A stretch of DNA of 64,000 bases. It comes from Gekko japonicus. Lineage: Eukaryota. Location of the stretch: assembly GCF_001447785.1 (NCBI RefSeq), contig NW_015163101.1, positions 392,059 through 456,058 on the forward strand, read 5' to 3'. The position numbers and the translations under genes were made by a program. The notes beneath the pieces were generated by a model. The model ran no database searches, had not been told where the DNA came from, and saw only the letters and a program-made list of their open reading frames with translations. Of this stretch, positions 34,746 through 47,920 are shown piece by piece; position 1 is the stretch's first letter; every line of letters starts with the position of its first letter.

Positions 34746-37075
34746 CTTCCTGTGACTCTCTGTGTGCAGCCCACGCTCCTCTCCCCAGGCCCGCCACCTT
34801 CCGTTCTCGTCCTGCCCTTACCCTGGAGCTTCCCTCGCAGGTCTCAGGAACGGGAGGGAGGCAAGTCGCCAGTCCTTCCTCTCCCTTCTCAGGCAAGCCC
34901 TCCGTTTCCTCCCCGGACTGCCTGCCTATCTCTTATTTATAGAGGCCAACAGTCCCTCCCCTCTACCCCTGCGCCAATCTCCTCCATTCACCTGCCTTTC
35001 CCTGCAGCCATTGGCCGATCTAATGCAAGGCCTTTCCCTGCAGCCATTGGCCGATCTAATCCCCTCCTGCCCTGTGCCTCCTGGCCTCGGCCTCGGACCT
35101 GCCCCGACCAGTTCTGGCCTGCCCCTCCCCCCTCCGTCTCCAGTGCCGGAGGGGAGGGGAGTTGCCAGCCCGTCCTCAGGGGTTTCCTGGAGGGAGGCTC
35201 AGCCAGGGCTCTTCCTGTGGCATCAGCAGGCTCCTTGTCTTGGATGAAGAAGTCCCCTTGTTGCCGCCGCCGCCGCCACTGCTTCTGCCCCAGGAGAGAC
35301 ACTCTTGGTCCTGCTGCTGGGCAGCCTGCGCACCCCCCCCCCCCCCGGCCCCTAAGTTGCTGGCCGTTCTGTCACCTCGCTGCTGCTCTCTGGGCAGTGA
35401 AGAAGCTGCTCAGCATGGGGGGGGGGAAGAGTCCAGGGTGGATGGCAACCCTGTGTAATCTGCTGACATCTGTTACAACACCAAGTTGCTAGCCCTTAAG
35501 GCTGCATAGATATGTCTGGGCAAGGGCTGGGGACACTTCAGGAAACAGAGGAAGGGAATAGAGTTGCCAGAAACCTGGTGGTGGGGTGGGTGGGAGATCT
35601 CCTACTCTCAGTCCCCGTTGTCCGCCGCCTCTCAGCCCGGTGACAGAAGGAAACGCCCTGTGAAATGGGGAGCAGGTAGCATCCCCCCCGTGTGATGTTA
35701 ACTGAAGTGCCATCATAATGCCAGATGACACTCTGGTATTTGCCCAGAATGCTGTTGTTATTAAAGCAGACAGTTTCGGACGAATGCTGCAGCATGGCCC
35801 CCAGTGCCGTGACGTCAGATCCAGGTTGCACCAGAAGTGATGTCATCACTTTGGGGATGCTGAGCTCTCTCCCCCCCCCCCCCCCCCCCCGCACGCACAC
35901 ACCTGGGAGCCCCCATCTCCCTCATCTCCCTGCTGGTCGTCAAGCTGTGCCGAGCCTAGTGAAATCGACTCCCTTTCCTGAGACCAACAAAGCTGGAATA
36001 AATGGTACAAAACGATAAAATGCTGAATAAATTATGCAGACATCACATCTGCTTCGTTGTTTAAACCGGCCACGTAAGTGGTCTTTTGCTGGTTCCAAAA
36101 TTGGGCTGCCTGGATGGCAAATTTTATACACAGAGGGGGGGGGGAAGGTTGATTCCAGGCTCCCGTTATGTAAGATCTCAGGACCGCTCTGTGGAGTGGG
36201 ACAGAGGGACTCTGCTGATTGTGACCACTGCAAGAGAGGTTGTTGAGAGGATGGCTGGGAGCCAGAACTGAGCTGTCAAACACTGCCTTGATTACTCAAA
36301 GCATTATCACAGCACAGTCTTGCAGGCAGCACTGGGAAGTCTGTTTCAAAGGGGCTGTGATTTCCCTCGAAACTGTGATATGCTTCTAATTTTTAAACAC
36401 TTCTAGGACAGAGTTCCCAAAATATGGGCAGTTCACTCCATTTTTCAGGTTGCCTGAACCCTCGGAGGAAATAGCCCCACTTCCCCCCCACTTCTACTGG
36501 TGTGTGTGACTGCAGCCTAATTGTCTGTTCCTACTTCTGAGTAGGCAGCGGTTATGCATAGATGTGCACATACACTTGTGCTCTTCAGAGCAGTAAAGGG
36601 TGTGCAAAATGCACACTGTGTTTCTCTAACCCTTCAAGTTAACTGGGGCCTGGGTGGCGGTGGTGTTATGATGGGGGATTCTGTAAACCTGGAGGGTGGG
36701 AAAAGGCCAGTGTGTTTCTGCCCCCTTTGCTCCATTTTTCTAACAGTGGTTCTGTTCCCCTTCTGCCAGGACTTTTTTTTCTTCCAATTTTCCCATTAAA
36801 AAGTGGAAAAGCATGCTCCCCCACCCAAAAGAAATTGGAATTTTTGCATCTTTAGTAACTCATAAACATCAGTGTGTTGCCTCACCACCTGCATGCACTT
36901 CCCCATCCATGCTGGGAAGCTTCCCTGGGTTTTTTGTGTCTCCTCGCGTAAGCAGAGTTTTTCCTGTATAGTGATTCAATTTCATTTGCTATTTCCTGTT
37001 TCGTACCTATTTTTAATTGCTCTGCTAAACTTTGTGTCACTTTCTCCTTGTCACTTCCTCCTTTGTGTCACTTCC

Positions 37076-37547
37076 TCCAGGGCCAGGGCGTTTTCGGTGG
37101 CGGCTCCCACCTGGTGGAATGAGCTCCCGGAGGAGATCAGGGCCCTGCGGGACCTGGTGCAGTTCCGCAGGGCCTGCAAGACGGAGCTCTTCCGCCAGGC
37201 CTTTGAGGGGGAGCCGCCGCCGCCACTATTCCACCAATGAGGGTCTAACCATCTACCTCATAGGGTAGGGGCAGATGTCGCCCAACAGTGCAGGGGAATA
37301 CCTCTCCTGGTGCACATGCCCATGCTATGAAGAACTTGGCCGCCAGTGTGGGACGTCGCGCATCTTGGTTTTATGTAGATTATCAGAGCACCAAATTTTT
37401 ATGTAAAATACATTGTTTTATTATGCTGGATTATACTGGTTTGTTGTATGTATATTTTAACTTCAGCATGGCTGTCTGTTAGCCACCCATAGCTGTTGGA
37501 TGGGGCGGGGTATAAATCCCAAAAATAAAATAAATAAATAAATAAAT
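37076..37547 (+). mobile_element. L2 LINE 3' end
   Basis: RARAFSVAAPTWWNELPEEIRAL...FRRACKTELFRQAF, then a GGGCGGGGTATAAAT and (AAAT)n tail. Confidence 0.88.
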
Positions 37548-38996
37548 ATTTTTTCTATACTTTCTGGTATATTTTGGCATCTTATAATTAGTGCCGCTTT
37601 ATCTATTTCTAAGTTGATGAGGGTTTCCTTAATTTGTTATTTTTACTTTTTAATTCTTGGACATCCAAATCTAAATCACATAATTTTTCCTTAAATTTTT
37701 GGTGATTAGAAGACATTGAGTAGGCAGCAGTGGTGGTGGTGGGGGTGCTCGCAAGCCAGTGGTCTGTGGGAGTGGGCCCTGCCGGACGACCTGGTTCCTG
37801 GCAGCTGCCCCACCTCAGGGTCTGCTGATGCCAGCCCTACAAATATAAATGAGCAGTAATACAAGGAAGCTTGCAAGGCAGTGACAGGTTTAAAACCAAT
37901 GATTATTTCAAGGACATCTTCTACCGCCTGGCCTTGCAGGACGTTCAGTGGGGGAGGCGGCGCAGCAGGAGGCAGGGTCACCTGCGGGATTTTTGCATGT
38001 CTGGCTGGAGCAGCCCCGGCCCTAAAAGTGGCAAACCTCCCCCCCCCATATGGAAGTGTTGCATTTCCCGATCTTCTCTGCAGCTCTTTCACAGGAGAGT
38101 TTGGCTTTCAAATCTTTGTGTCTGTTTGTTTTAACTCCCAGTGGCTCAAGGCAGATTACAGCATGAGAAGTTGAAAATGCTTTCTCTTGTCACACTGAGG
38201 CACATTCAACATTACATCGAGCCCCACCCGTTCCCTTGGAGGCTTTGCACATCTTCCCCCCGCAAACTCATCTTCCCGCCCTCAGATGCATCATAACCAG
38301 GATATATAGCTAATCCATAACATTTGCTGTTTATGCAACCTTCTGACGTTTCGCCATTCCCAGTCCAAATTCCTCCTCTCATTCTTGCTGCCAGGCTCCT
38401 TACAGAATTCCCACCCTATTTATTTATTTATTTCAATTTATAGGCCGCCCTCCCCGCAAGCGGAGGCTGACTGGGAGGAGGCAAGTCAGAGCAGGGTATC
38501 ATGCAGAGATGCAGAGGGCACCCTCCCGAATGGGTGTGTTGAAAGATTCACAGTGACCTCTTCTTAGCCTTTCCTCACATATTGGTGTTGCCCAGTTTTT
38601 CTTCTTTGGTCCATGTGCCACTCATGTAGGCTGGCAAAGCCTCAGCGAATGGGTCTGAGGCAAAGGAAGACAGTATGGATATGGGCAGGACCCCTGTAGC
38701 TGGAGCGGCCACTCCCTTGGTGCCCTCAGGGCTCGAGTGATGGGCAAGGCACGTCTGCCACTGCCTCCTCCCCTCACTTCCCAGGCAGCGTAGAGGACAG
38801 AGGTTGCACTGCCTTGGGTGTGTGTGTGTTAACTTAGTGCTCTGCCCAGGGGCTTCCTGGAGGCTGCTGGCTGATAGAAACAGAGCCCTGATCCAGCATT
38901 ATGACCACACAGCTGCTTGAAAAATCTCGGAGGATCAGGCATCAAGAACGAAGTGGAATCTCCATGCTCAGAGGCAGTCTGTCTGTGGTCCTGGAA

Positions 38997-39660
38997 TTTT
39001 TTTTTTTTTTTTACATTCAGCTTATATCCCGCTCGAACCCCTCCCACGGGGTCTCTGAGTGGCTTACATAGTTTATTATCCCTAACTATGGGCACATACA
39101 TCATTGGGGTGGGATTGCCTACCAGCACCCAGTGGGGTTCAGTTAGTATTTCCTCAGCTTGTCTCGGCTCGGCTCCCGGCTTCAGCTCGGCCTCTCCATC
39201 CACTCTTTCTTCAGACTTCTCGGTGGTCTTCTGGAGTCGACGGGCCATCCCTCACGCCGACCGCAGCGCAGCTCCGGCTCCGTCCCTCAGGCTCCGCCGC
39301 GCCTGCGCCACTGGGTCTTTGCGCTTCCTTTCTGCCTCTGCCGCCGGTCCACCGCTCAATGTTACGTCTTTCTTTACTTCTGCTTGCCACCTCGCCTGCC
39401 GCCGCCATTACACACCGCTCCACCGCCGCTCGCCGAATCTCCGCTGCTAGAGTCCAAACCCACCTCCCAATGGAGGAGGGTGCTCCCTGCCTTCTAAGGC
39501 AGGTACCCATTCATCTACTCGCAAGTTTTTTTTTTAAGGCTTTCGAACCGCTGGGTGGGCGGGAGCTGGGACTAGGGCCGGGTGCTCACTCCGGCCGTGG
39601 TGGGTCTCGAACAGCCTACAGGCTGTTCGCTAGATGTTAAGGCAGGTGCTTTTGCTCCCT
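38997..39660 (-). mobile_element. Composite retroposon: Sauria-like head, GC-rich body, L2-type poly(A) tail
   Basis: Minus strand: B-box GTTCGAGACC, CCCAGCTCCCGCCCACCCAGCGGTTCGAAAGC core, CpG-rich middle, TGTAAGCCACTCAGAG..GAGCGGGATATAA..A16. Confidence 0.6.
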
Positions 39661-39772
39661 GCGCCTATAAATTGGGCCTTCATGCCCTGCTGCCTCTGCT
39701 AGAAAGCAGAATTCGAGACCAGATAGAATTCTTGGTCTGATCCGACAGCAAGTCTTAATGTTAACTCGTGTT

Positions 39773-40050
39773 GAGAGCGAGTTTGGTGTAGTGGTTAGGA
39801 GTGTGGACAGGGAGAACCGGGTTTGATTCCCCACTCCTCCACTTGCACCTGCTGGTGTGATCTTGGGTCAGTCACAGTTTTCTCAGAACTGTTTTGGAAA
39901 GAGCAGTTCTCTCAGAGCTCTCTCAGCCTCACCCACCTCACAGGGTATCTGTTGTGGGAAGGGGAAGGGACAGGAGAGTGTAAGTTGCCCTGAGACTCCT
40001 TTGGGTAGTGAAGGGTGGGGTATAAATCCAGTCTCTTCATTGTCTTCTTC
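39773..40050 (+). mobile_element. Gecko-type tRNA SINE
   Basis: Same family as 1266. Confidence 0.85.
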
Positions 40051-41118
40051 ATGTAGTGGCTGCTATTAGAGTGGAGCCCTTGTCTTTATTTAATGGATTT
40101 ATACCCCTCCCTCCCCACCAGACAAAAACCCTAAAACAGGCTGATTTCCCACCCCTTGTACAGTTTTCTTCCAGATGCCTGTGTGTGTTGCACTCTCTGT
40201 GCAAAGCCGCCACCGATCTTTCTGCCGGGAAAGAGCAGCAGCAGCTTCTCCTATAACTCAGTGTATTGTGAAGAGTAATGAGGCTGTAAATGATATACTC
40301 AGTTCCAGGAAAATAAAAGAATGCGCGCACGGACACACATGCGCACACACACACGCATATGGGAACACAATGTCAGTGGAAGAAAACAACCTGTACAAAT
40401 CAACGTTCCGCATCAGTTTCTGCCATAAGCAAAGCTGAATTTTTGTGCCTGCCTACATTTCGCACATTTATGTAATTTATTTTGCTTTGATCAGCCAAAC
40501 AAGGGAAGGTGGTGCCATCTCTCAAACATTTCTGTTCACCAGCCTCTCTGGCTTCTGTAATGTCACCAGCCATTTCCCCCACATTTTCAAGTGTCAGTTT
40601 TCAACCATGAGACCTAGAAACTTCTGATTTTCAAAATGAACACCGGCCTTGCCCCCTGGACTCCATTCTGTGTTGTTTTTATGGCCAATTCTGAGCTCCA
40701 GCTGAGCGACAGAAACACAAGTAGGATTCATGGGAACCCTTAACTTTTTTTATAGAACTGGGAAAGAGCAGCGCAGTGAAACGTAATGAACTGCATGGCA
40801 GTGAGAGAAGGGCCTGATGAATGCAGAGAGGGGCGAAGGGGCAATTAGTCATCCCTGTTGTGGTGCCACTCTGGCTGCCTGTGAGCCATGGTGAAAAGCC
40901 CCATGTTGGGGGGAGGGGGGAAGAGAGTGGTTGCGAAGGAGAGATGCCAATGCAGTCAGCGGTGCCCTGTCAGCAAATGCAGCACTGCCCACATGTCAGG
41001 ACACGGGCTTTCCTTTAACGGGTTATCACTCGGAACCAAAGGAAGTGTCTCTGACCACAGGGGGGGGAAGCAATGTTCAGAGCCCCCAGTTTGCATTCTG
41101 TGGGGAGGCCAGGCAAGT

Positions 41119-41224
41119 CACCGCCGTCGCCAGGATGTGACGCTACGCGTCGCTCTGGTAACAGGGCTGTTTGGAGTCCCGTTGCCAGAGCAATGCGTAG
41201 CGTCACATCCTGGCGACGGCGGTG
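41119..41224. repeat. 106-bp CpG-rich palindrome within a GGCA.CCCTA-ended DNA element
   Basis: CACCGCCGTCGCCAGGATGTGACGCTACGC / GCGTAGCGTCACATCCTGGCGACGGCGGTG. Confidence 0.9.
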
Positions 41225-41304
41225 CAACGCGTATCACTGTCCCCCGCGGCAGGGATCCTGTGAAGACGTGCGGATCCCCGCCGTGGCTTGGCAGCCCTAC
41301 TTCT

Positions 41305-42207
41305 TTTTTTAATTTATTTTTGTTCTTTTATACGTTACAGTCCATACAATACGTAACACAGCACAACACAATGTTCTTTCATGTGTTACAATCCATACAT
41401 TACATAACACAACATACAAAAACCAGGGAGAGTAAACCACAAACAGATGTGAGTTATATAACCAGCATAAACACAGCTTCTCATAAGTCCAACACTAATT
41501 CCGGCTGTTTACTATATTTACCATACAATGAGTCTGGTGGATTGTGCGACCCTTTGTGTAGGGTGTTTGGGACTGGTGTAGTGGAGACAAAGCAATTAAG
41601 AAAAGTCATGACGTGTTGGGGTCACTAGAGGATAGGGACTAATTATAGTTTACAGCCACAGCCAACTGTGGTATCGAGGATTTGTGGGGAGTATCTCATA
41701 TTTCGTCATATATTTTATAATTGGTGCCCAGCGTTGTATGAATTTTAAGTGTAGTGTATTGTTTGATGTTTGGGTTTTTTGTTGTAAGTCTGCTATTTTC
41801 GCCATAACAAACTGTTCCCAAAGTTTGTCATGCCACACTGAAAGCGTTGGGGGAGTAGGGGATTTCCAGAGGGCGGCTATTGTTAATTTAGCCGTTGCCA
41901 GAAGTATTGCTGTGAGGTCCCTTGCCTCTGTCTTGATGGAGTCGTCCCGTTTATTCAGTAGCATTACTTCTGGTGTGCAGGAAATGCGTTGAGAGGTGAT
42001 CTCATTGACCCTAAGTCTCACCTTGTTCCAAAATTGGCAGATTCTCGGACAGCTCCACCAACAGTGAAGGTATGTACCCGTCTGACCGCATTTCTTCCAA
42101 CATGTGGGGACATTGTTTCTGTTTATTTTGTGCAGTTGATTGGGAGTCATGTACCATCTTGAAAGCAGTTTGAAATTCTGTAAATAGTAGATGTATTCAC
42201 TGGTGAC
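41305..42207 (-). mobile_element. L1-clade LINE 3' fragment
   Basis: TPNQLHKI..CWKKCGQTGTYLHCWWSCPRICQFW motif, T-rich tail, 11-bp TSD GCCCTACTTCT at 41294 and 42208. Confidence 0.9.
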
Positions 42208-42599
42208 GCCCTACTTCTCACCAGCTTGTTATTCTTACTCATGAAGGGACTCACCTTCAGTAACTAAAGCTGAATTCTGTCTTTCCCAGGCTGTTAAACA
42301 CTTCCAATGTCTTCTGTCCTCAGTTGGTTCAGGAGACACTGGTGGTGACCAAGATTCTGATTTCTATCTCCTCTCTTTTGTCTCCTGCCAGAATGAGCAA
42401 CTCTCATCTCCTGATGCTTTCTGAGCTGGCTCTGCCAGCTGCTCAAGCAGGCACTCCACTGGTGCAGGACCTCATTCTTCCATTTCCTCATCCTCAGAAG
42501 AGGAGACAGCTGACTGGCTCACAACAGAGAGGTCTATCAGTGGCTTCTAGCCATGATGACTAAAGTGGCTTCTAGCCATGATGACTAAAGATGACTACA

Positions 42600-42770
42600 C
42601 ATTCAGAGGTCATAAAACTCTTGAATCCCAGTGCCGGGAGGCAACATCAGGGGGAGGGCCTTGGCCTCTGTACCCTGTTGTTGGTCCTTCAGGGGATCTG
42701 GTTGGCCACTGTGGGAGACAGGATGCTGGACTAGATGGACCACTGGTCTGGTCCAGCAGGGCTCTTCTTG
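42600..42770 (+). mobile_element. Old CR1 3' UTR
   Basis: GGCCACTGTGGGAGACAGGATGCTGGACTAGATGGACCACTGGTCTG..CAGCAGGGCTCTT. Confidence 0.7.
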
Positions 42771-42912
42771 CAGTGGGGTAGGGGTGTGTGTCACCTTTTC
42801 CTGTGGAGTCCCATTTCTCCTGAATGGTCTTAACATTCTGGTAGCTCTTATGCTGCTCCCTCTTCTAGGAATGTGCTTGGCGTGTTTTTCATAAACACCA
42901 AGGGCTGCCCAT

Positions 42913-43191
42913 CAGTTTGGTGTAGTGGTTAAGTGTGCCGGACTCTAATCTGAGAGAACCGGGTTCGATTCCCCACTCCTCCACTTGCAGCTGCTGGATG
43001 GCCTTGGGCAAGCCATAGTTCTGACAAGCTGTCCTTGAAAGAGCAGTCCTCAAAAGAGCTCTCTCAGCCCCACCTACCTCACAGGGTATCTAATGTGGGA
43101 AAGGGAAGGGAAAGGAGTTTGTAAGCCGCTCTGAGACTTTGAGTGAAGGGTGGGGTATAAATCCAATCTCTTCTTCTTCTTCTTCTTCTTC
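42913..43191 (+). mobile_element. Gecko-type tRNA SINE
   Basis: Same family, with (CTT)n tail. Confidence 0.85.
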
Positions 43192-44346
43192 ATTTGGTTT
43201 TTCTACACTTGCTGTATACTCAAGGATTTAATGTACAAAATGCTGTTGATAGTAGGATTGTTGGAGGTAATGTCAGAACCTCGGCGTGTGCCATCTGCAC
43301 CAACAAGTGATCCTTGAATGTTACAGCTGTCTGGTGACAAACCTAAGTGTTGGAACAAGCACGTTTGAGTTGGAATGAATTTGTTCGGCTGTGAATGTTG
43401 AGGCTGACCGTCCTGCAGACCTGGTCTGAGTAGACCTGGTTTTAATCCTCAGGGAGCAGCTGGTGACTTCATGTCTTGCGTGGGACCTCCTCAGAAGCCC
43501 CTGGAGAGGGGGCCTGTAGGGTTCCTCTGCCCCCCCCCACGCATTTGATGCCCCCATTTTGGTTTCCATATGTGGCAGCTGGTATTATGACAGCATTCAA
43601 CAGTTGGCCGCCTGAGCTTTCCTATTTGATGCCTGACAAAATGTCAAGAGATGCCAACGGGAGCATGGCACTCTCTTTCATCCGTTTCCAGTGTTGAGCT
43701 AGAAACACAGATTGGCTCTCCATATAAGAACGGTTGCATTCCACAGTGTATGAAGAGTGTGGCCGCTGTTTGCAAATGTTTACTCCTGTTCTGCTTAGAC
43801 CGTGTTGGAGACGGAGTCAGGCTCTTCTCAGCTGGTGCCTGAAAATGGAGCTGGCGGGAAGCATTGCCCTGTTGACTGGGCGGCCTACGGTTGCTGATGC
43901 CGAGTCCTTTATCTTGCCAGCAGTCCTGGGGGACTGGCGCGACACACCTCTCAGCCCTGGGAGTTCGAGTCCCAGAGAGACTCTTGACGGCCCAAGCCCT
44001 GCCTTGGTGCACCCCATCGGTCCGGAAGGGCACTTGCATGGAAGGAGCACACCTTTCCCATGGAGAACACAGACAGGCCAGCGAGTCTTGATCCTCTCTT
44101 TCTCCCCCCCCCCATTCAAATGTCCTTTAAAGGGAAAACCTGCAATTTGTACAGGGGTGAGATGGATTACACAACTGGCACAATGACACATGGAAACACA
44201 ATGGGTGTGATCCTGCAAGAATAACACACTTTTAAGCTTCCACAATTTCCTGTATGAGTTACGCACGTGCATAAATGTCACCCATTGAAGAGTTTGACTG
44301 CATCCTTCATAGGTGGCAACTTTCAGTCATGCTACAGTAGTTTGGT

Positions 44347-44599
44347 GAGCCAGTTTGGTGTAGTGGTTAAGTGTGCGGGCTCTAATCTGGGAGAACCGGG
44401 TTTGATTCCCCACTCCTCCACTTGCACCTGCTGATGTGACCTTGGGTCAGTCACAAGCTCTGGCTCAGCTGTCCTTGAAAAAGAGCAGTTTGTGCCAGAG
44501 TTCTCTCAGCCCCACCCACCTCACAGGGTGTCTGTTGTGGGGAGGGGAAGGGAAAGGAGTTTGTAAGCCGCTCTGAGACACCTTTGGGTAGTGAAGGGC
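44347..44599 (+). mobile_element. Gecko-type tRNA SINE running into a gap
   Basis: Same family as 1266. Confidence 0.85.
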
Positions 44600-44732
44600 N
44601 NNNNNNNNNNNNNNNNNNNNNNNNNNNNNNNNNNNNNNNNNNNNNNNNNNNNNNNNNNNNNNNNNNNNNNNNNNNNNNNNNNNNNNNNNNNNNNNNNNNN
44701 NNNNNNNNNNNNNNNNNNNNNNNNNNNNNNNN
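44600..44732. other. Assembly gap (133 N)
   Basis: Run of N. Confidence 1.
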
Positions 44733-46106
44733 AAGAAGCTAGGCATTGCATCTGAATGCAGAAAATCCCCAGGAAATCCCCAGCAAAGCATTGCAACAGT
44801 CTGCTCTTTGGCTGTGCTTTGCATTCAATAGCTGGGCTCCCCCCCATGTCTGTGTGAAGGAGCTGGTCTGTGGGGATGGATCTGGATAATTCCCTATCAA
44901 AACCAAGCCGCATCACCTCCATGCAGGCAGTGCAAGCCAAGCTGCCAGAGGAGCGTTCAGAAGGAGGGACAACTCTATTCTTGACAAAATGACATGCCCC
45001 CTAGTAGAAGCCCTCTCTAGGCAAAAAACATTTACTCTGCAGGGGGGGTGTGAGACCTAACCTTCATAACGCTGTGTACTTGAAGCATTATGTCTGACTT
45101 ATTTAACAATTTGTGGCCTGCATGGGTGGCTTTTAACAACTGCAGAGGCATGGGAGACTGTGTTCGGAGCATCTGTCTGCAAAGGCCAGTTTCTGGGGGT
45201 CCCTTCATGAGTGAACATCCCTTAAATTCTCTGCAATATGCATGCCTTCCCACTGTGCTCATCCTTCCACCAGTATTTTTTTTCATTTTTAAAATGTTTA
45301 TTAAGAGGAAGTATAACTGCAAAACAGTATACAAATGCCCTGAGAATCCAAAATTACAAACCAACCAGTTAGTCACCATTACACATTTTTACAACATACA
45401 TCAACAGTCATAACAAACTAAGTTAGTACTAAATCCGATGGGCATTTTGTTGTATGTTAAAAAGCCTCCTTTGTGTCATACGTGGAGCACATTAGCAATA
45501 GGCAGGATCCCCTGAGCAGAAGATGAGCATTTAAACCCTCCTTAAGGAAAATAGACCTGTCAAAAAGTCTCAGCCTGTGTTTTCCAGAACTGCATAACTT
45601 TGACTGCAAATCTGGTTGCAGGGCACAGGATTCTGATTCCAACCACCCCCCCCCCCCCCCGGTGAATAGAAGCCCCGCCTGAGAACTTTTCTGTAGCTAA
45701 GTTGCTTTTAGACAGTGTGTCCACCTTCCAATATTTGAGCCATATTTTCCGGCATATTATGATGTTTGCTGCCTGCGCCCTGACGCAGAACTGGATGTTG
45801 TTCTGAGATGAGTCTTGCCGCTCTTTTCATCTTCAGTATAGACCTTTTCAGGTCCAACCTCGACAAGGTGCTGGTGGAGATGAGGTAGAAAAAGAAGGCC
45901 ATGCTGTCATCCTCCTATCTTAGGGAGAGCGATTCCAAGCACAGATCTACTCATTCCTTTCGTGGTTTCCACGCCCCAGGCCAAGGGCGTGAGGGAAGAG
46001 ACTACAAGGAATACAGAACCTTCAATCATCAGATTCAATGCCAAACCAGCATAATCTTTCAGAAATGACAAAGGTGCCCCAATAAAAAAACAGTCCACAT
46101 GACTAT

Positions 46107-47920
46107 CGAATAGGAGGCCGGCTCCAGACCTTCTCAAGGGCATGGAGCCTCACCACAAGAGACCAGTGGGTACTGTCAATCGTTTCCCAAGGTACAGAAT
46201 AGAACTCATGTCCACGCCGCCTCACAGCTTCAGATCCTCACCAGACCCTCACCTCACAACTCTGCACTTGAAGGACATAGGTGCCATAGAAGAAGTTCCC
46301 AAGGAGCAGCACTCTACCTCTTCATGGTTCCAAAGAAGTCAGGGGACTGGAGAGTGGTTCTAAACCTGCGAGGTCTCAACAGATGGGTAAAAAAGAGAAA
46401 ATTCCCAATGGAGTCCCTACACCATATCTTACAGATACTACAACAAGGGGACTTCCTGACCTCCATGGACCTCAAGGAGATATATTTGCATATTCTGGTG
46501 CACCCAGACTCCAGGCAATTCTTGCGCTTCTGCTTCCAGGAGCAACATTTCCAGTACAAGGCATTGCCTTTTGGCCTATCCTCAGCACCCAGAGTCTTTA
46601 CCAAGGTCATGGTTACTCTGGTAGCATCTCTACACCTGGAGGGGGTGCAAATACATGTACCCGTAATTGGACGACATTCTAATATGGGTGCGGGACTGCA
46701 AGATGGTGATGCACAACACACAGAGGGCGGCGGACGTTCTGTTCACACACAGATTTCTCATCAACGAAGAGAAGAGCCATTTCATCCCTGCACAGGACCT
46801 TGTACAGCTGGGGGCCAGACTAAACACAAAGCAGGTCACAGTCTCTCTGCCAGAGGAAAAGCAGCAAAAGATTCGAGAATTGGTGCAGAGCGTCAGGTCC
46901 AAGAAAAGTGTGGGCCTGATGAGTCTGGCAACCCTGCAGGGCCTAATGATATTAACAATAGATATGATACTGTGGGCATGGCTGCATGCCAGAGCCCTGC
47001 AGTGGATTCTTCCCCCCTTTCAAAAGGATATCTCTTGGAGGTAGAGATGAAGGAAGGGCTCCTGAGGGAGTTAGAATGGTGGACGAGGCCATTGAATTTG
47101 AGCAAGACTATCAGCTTCATCCATCCTCAGCAACTCGTCCTAACAACGGACGCGAGCAAGAGGGGCTGGAGTGCCCACTTCAGGCACCAGGTAGCACAAG
47201 GCAGATGGTCTACAGTGGAGGTGACTCACAGTATCAACTGACTGGAACTGCGGGCAGTCAAGATGGCATTGAAGGCATTCGGAAACCAAATAAGGAATCA
47301 CCACGTGCTCGTGTGCACTGACAACATGACAACAAAGGCACATATCAACTGGCAGGGAGGCACCAGATCAAAGTCCCTCTTCATGGAAGCCAGGAGTACG
47401 CTTCGATGGGTGGAGAAAAACGTCACCAGTATCAAGGCAGAACACCTGAAGGGTCTGTCCAACCTCCAGACAGACTGGCTGAGCAAGGAGCACCTGGATT
47501 CATGGGAATGGATCTTGAACAAGGAGGTCTTCGCCCAAACTGCACAAAGGTTCGGGACCCCCGTGATGGACCTGCTAGCAAACTTAAAGAACCATCAGGT
47601 CAAGAGGTTCCTGTCCAGATACCAAGACCCCACAGCGGAAGGAGTTGATGCACTGTCTCACCCGTGGCTGGAAGGTCTTTTGTATGCTTTCCCTCCCACA
47701 GCACTGATAGAAAGGATGGATGCTCAACAGGATGAGAAGGGACAAGGCAGAAGTGGTGTTCGTGGCCCCCTACTGGCCAAGATGACCATGGTTCTCGGAT
47801 CTGGTACAAATGTCATCTACGAGGCCGTGGAAACTACCTCTGAGACTGGATCTCCTGCACCAAGGACCCGTCTTCCACCCAGACCCAGCATGGTTACGGC
47901 TGACTGTATGGAAATTGAAC
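46107..47920 (+). pseudogene. DIRS pol remnant: RT, RNase H, methyltransferase-like domain
   Basis: VPKKSGDWRVVLNLR, LPFGLSSAPRVFTK, P*LDD (46661-46675), TTDAS..GW, IN*LELRAV, TDN, DLLA, LYAFPP, APYWPR. Contains stops and frameshifts. Confidence 0.9.
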
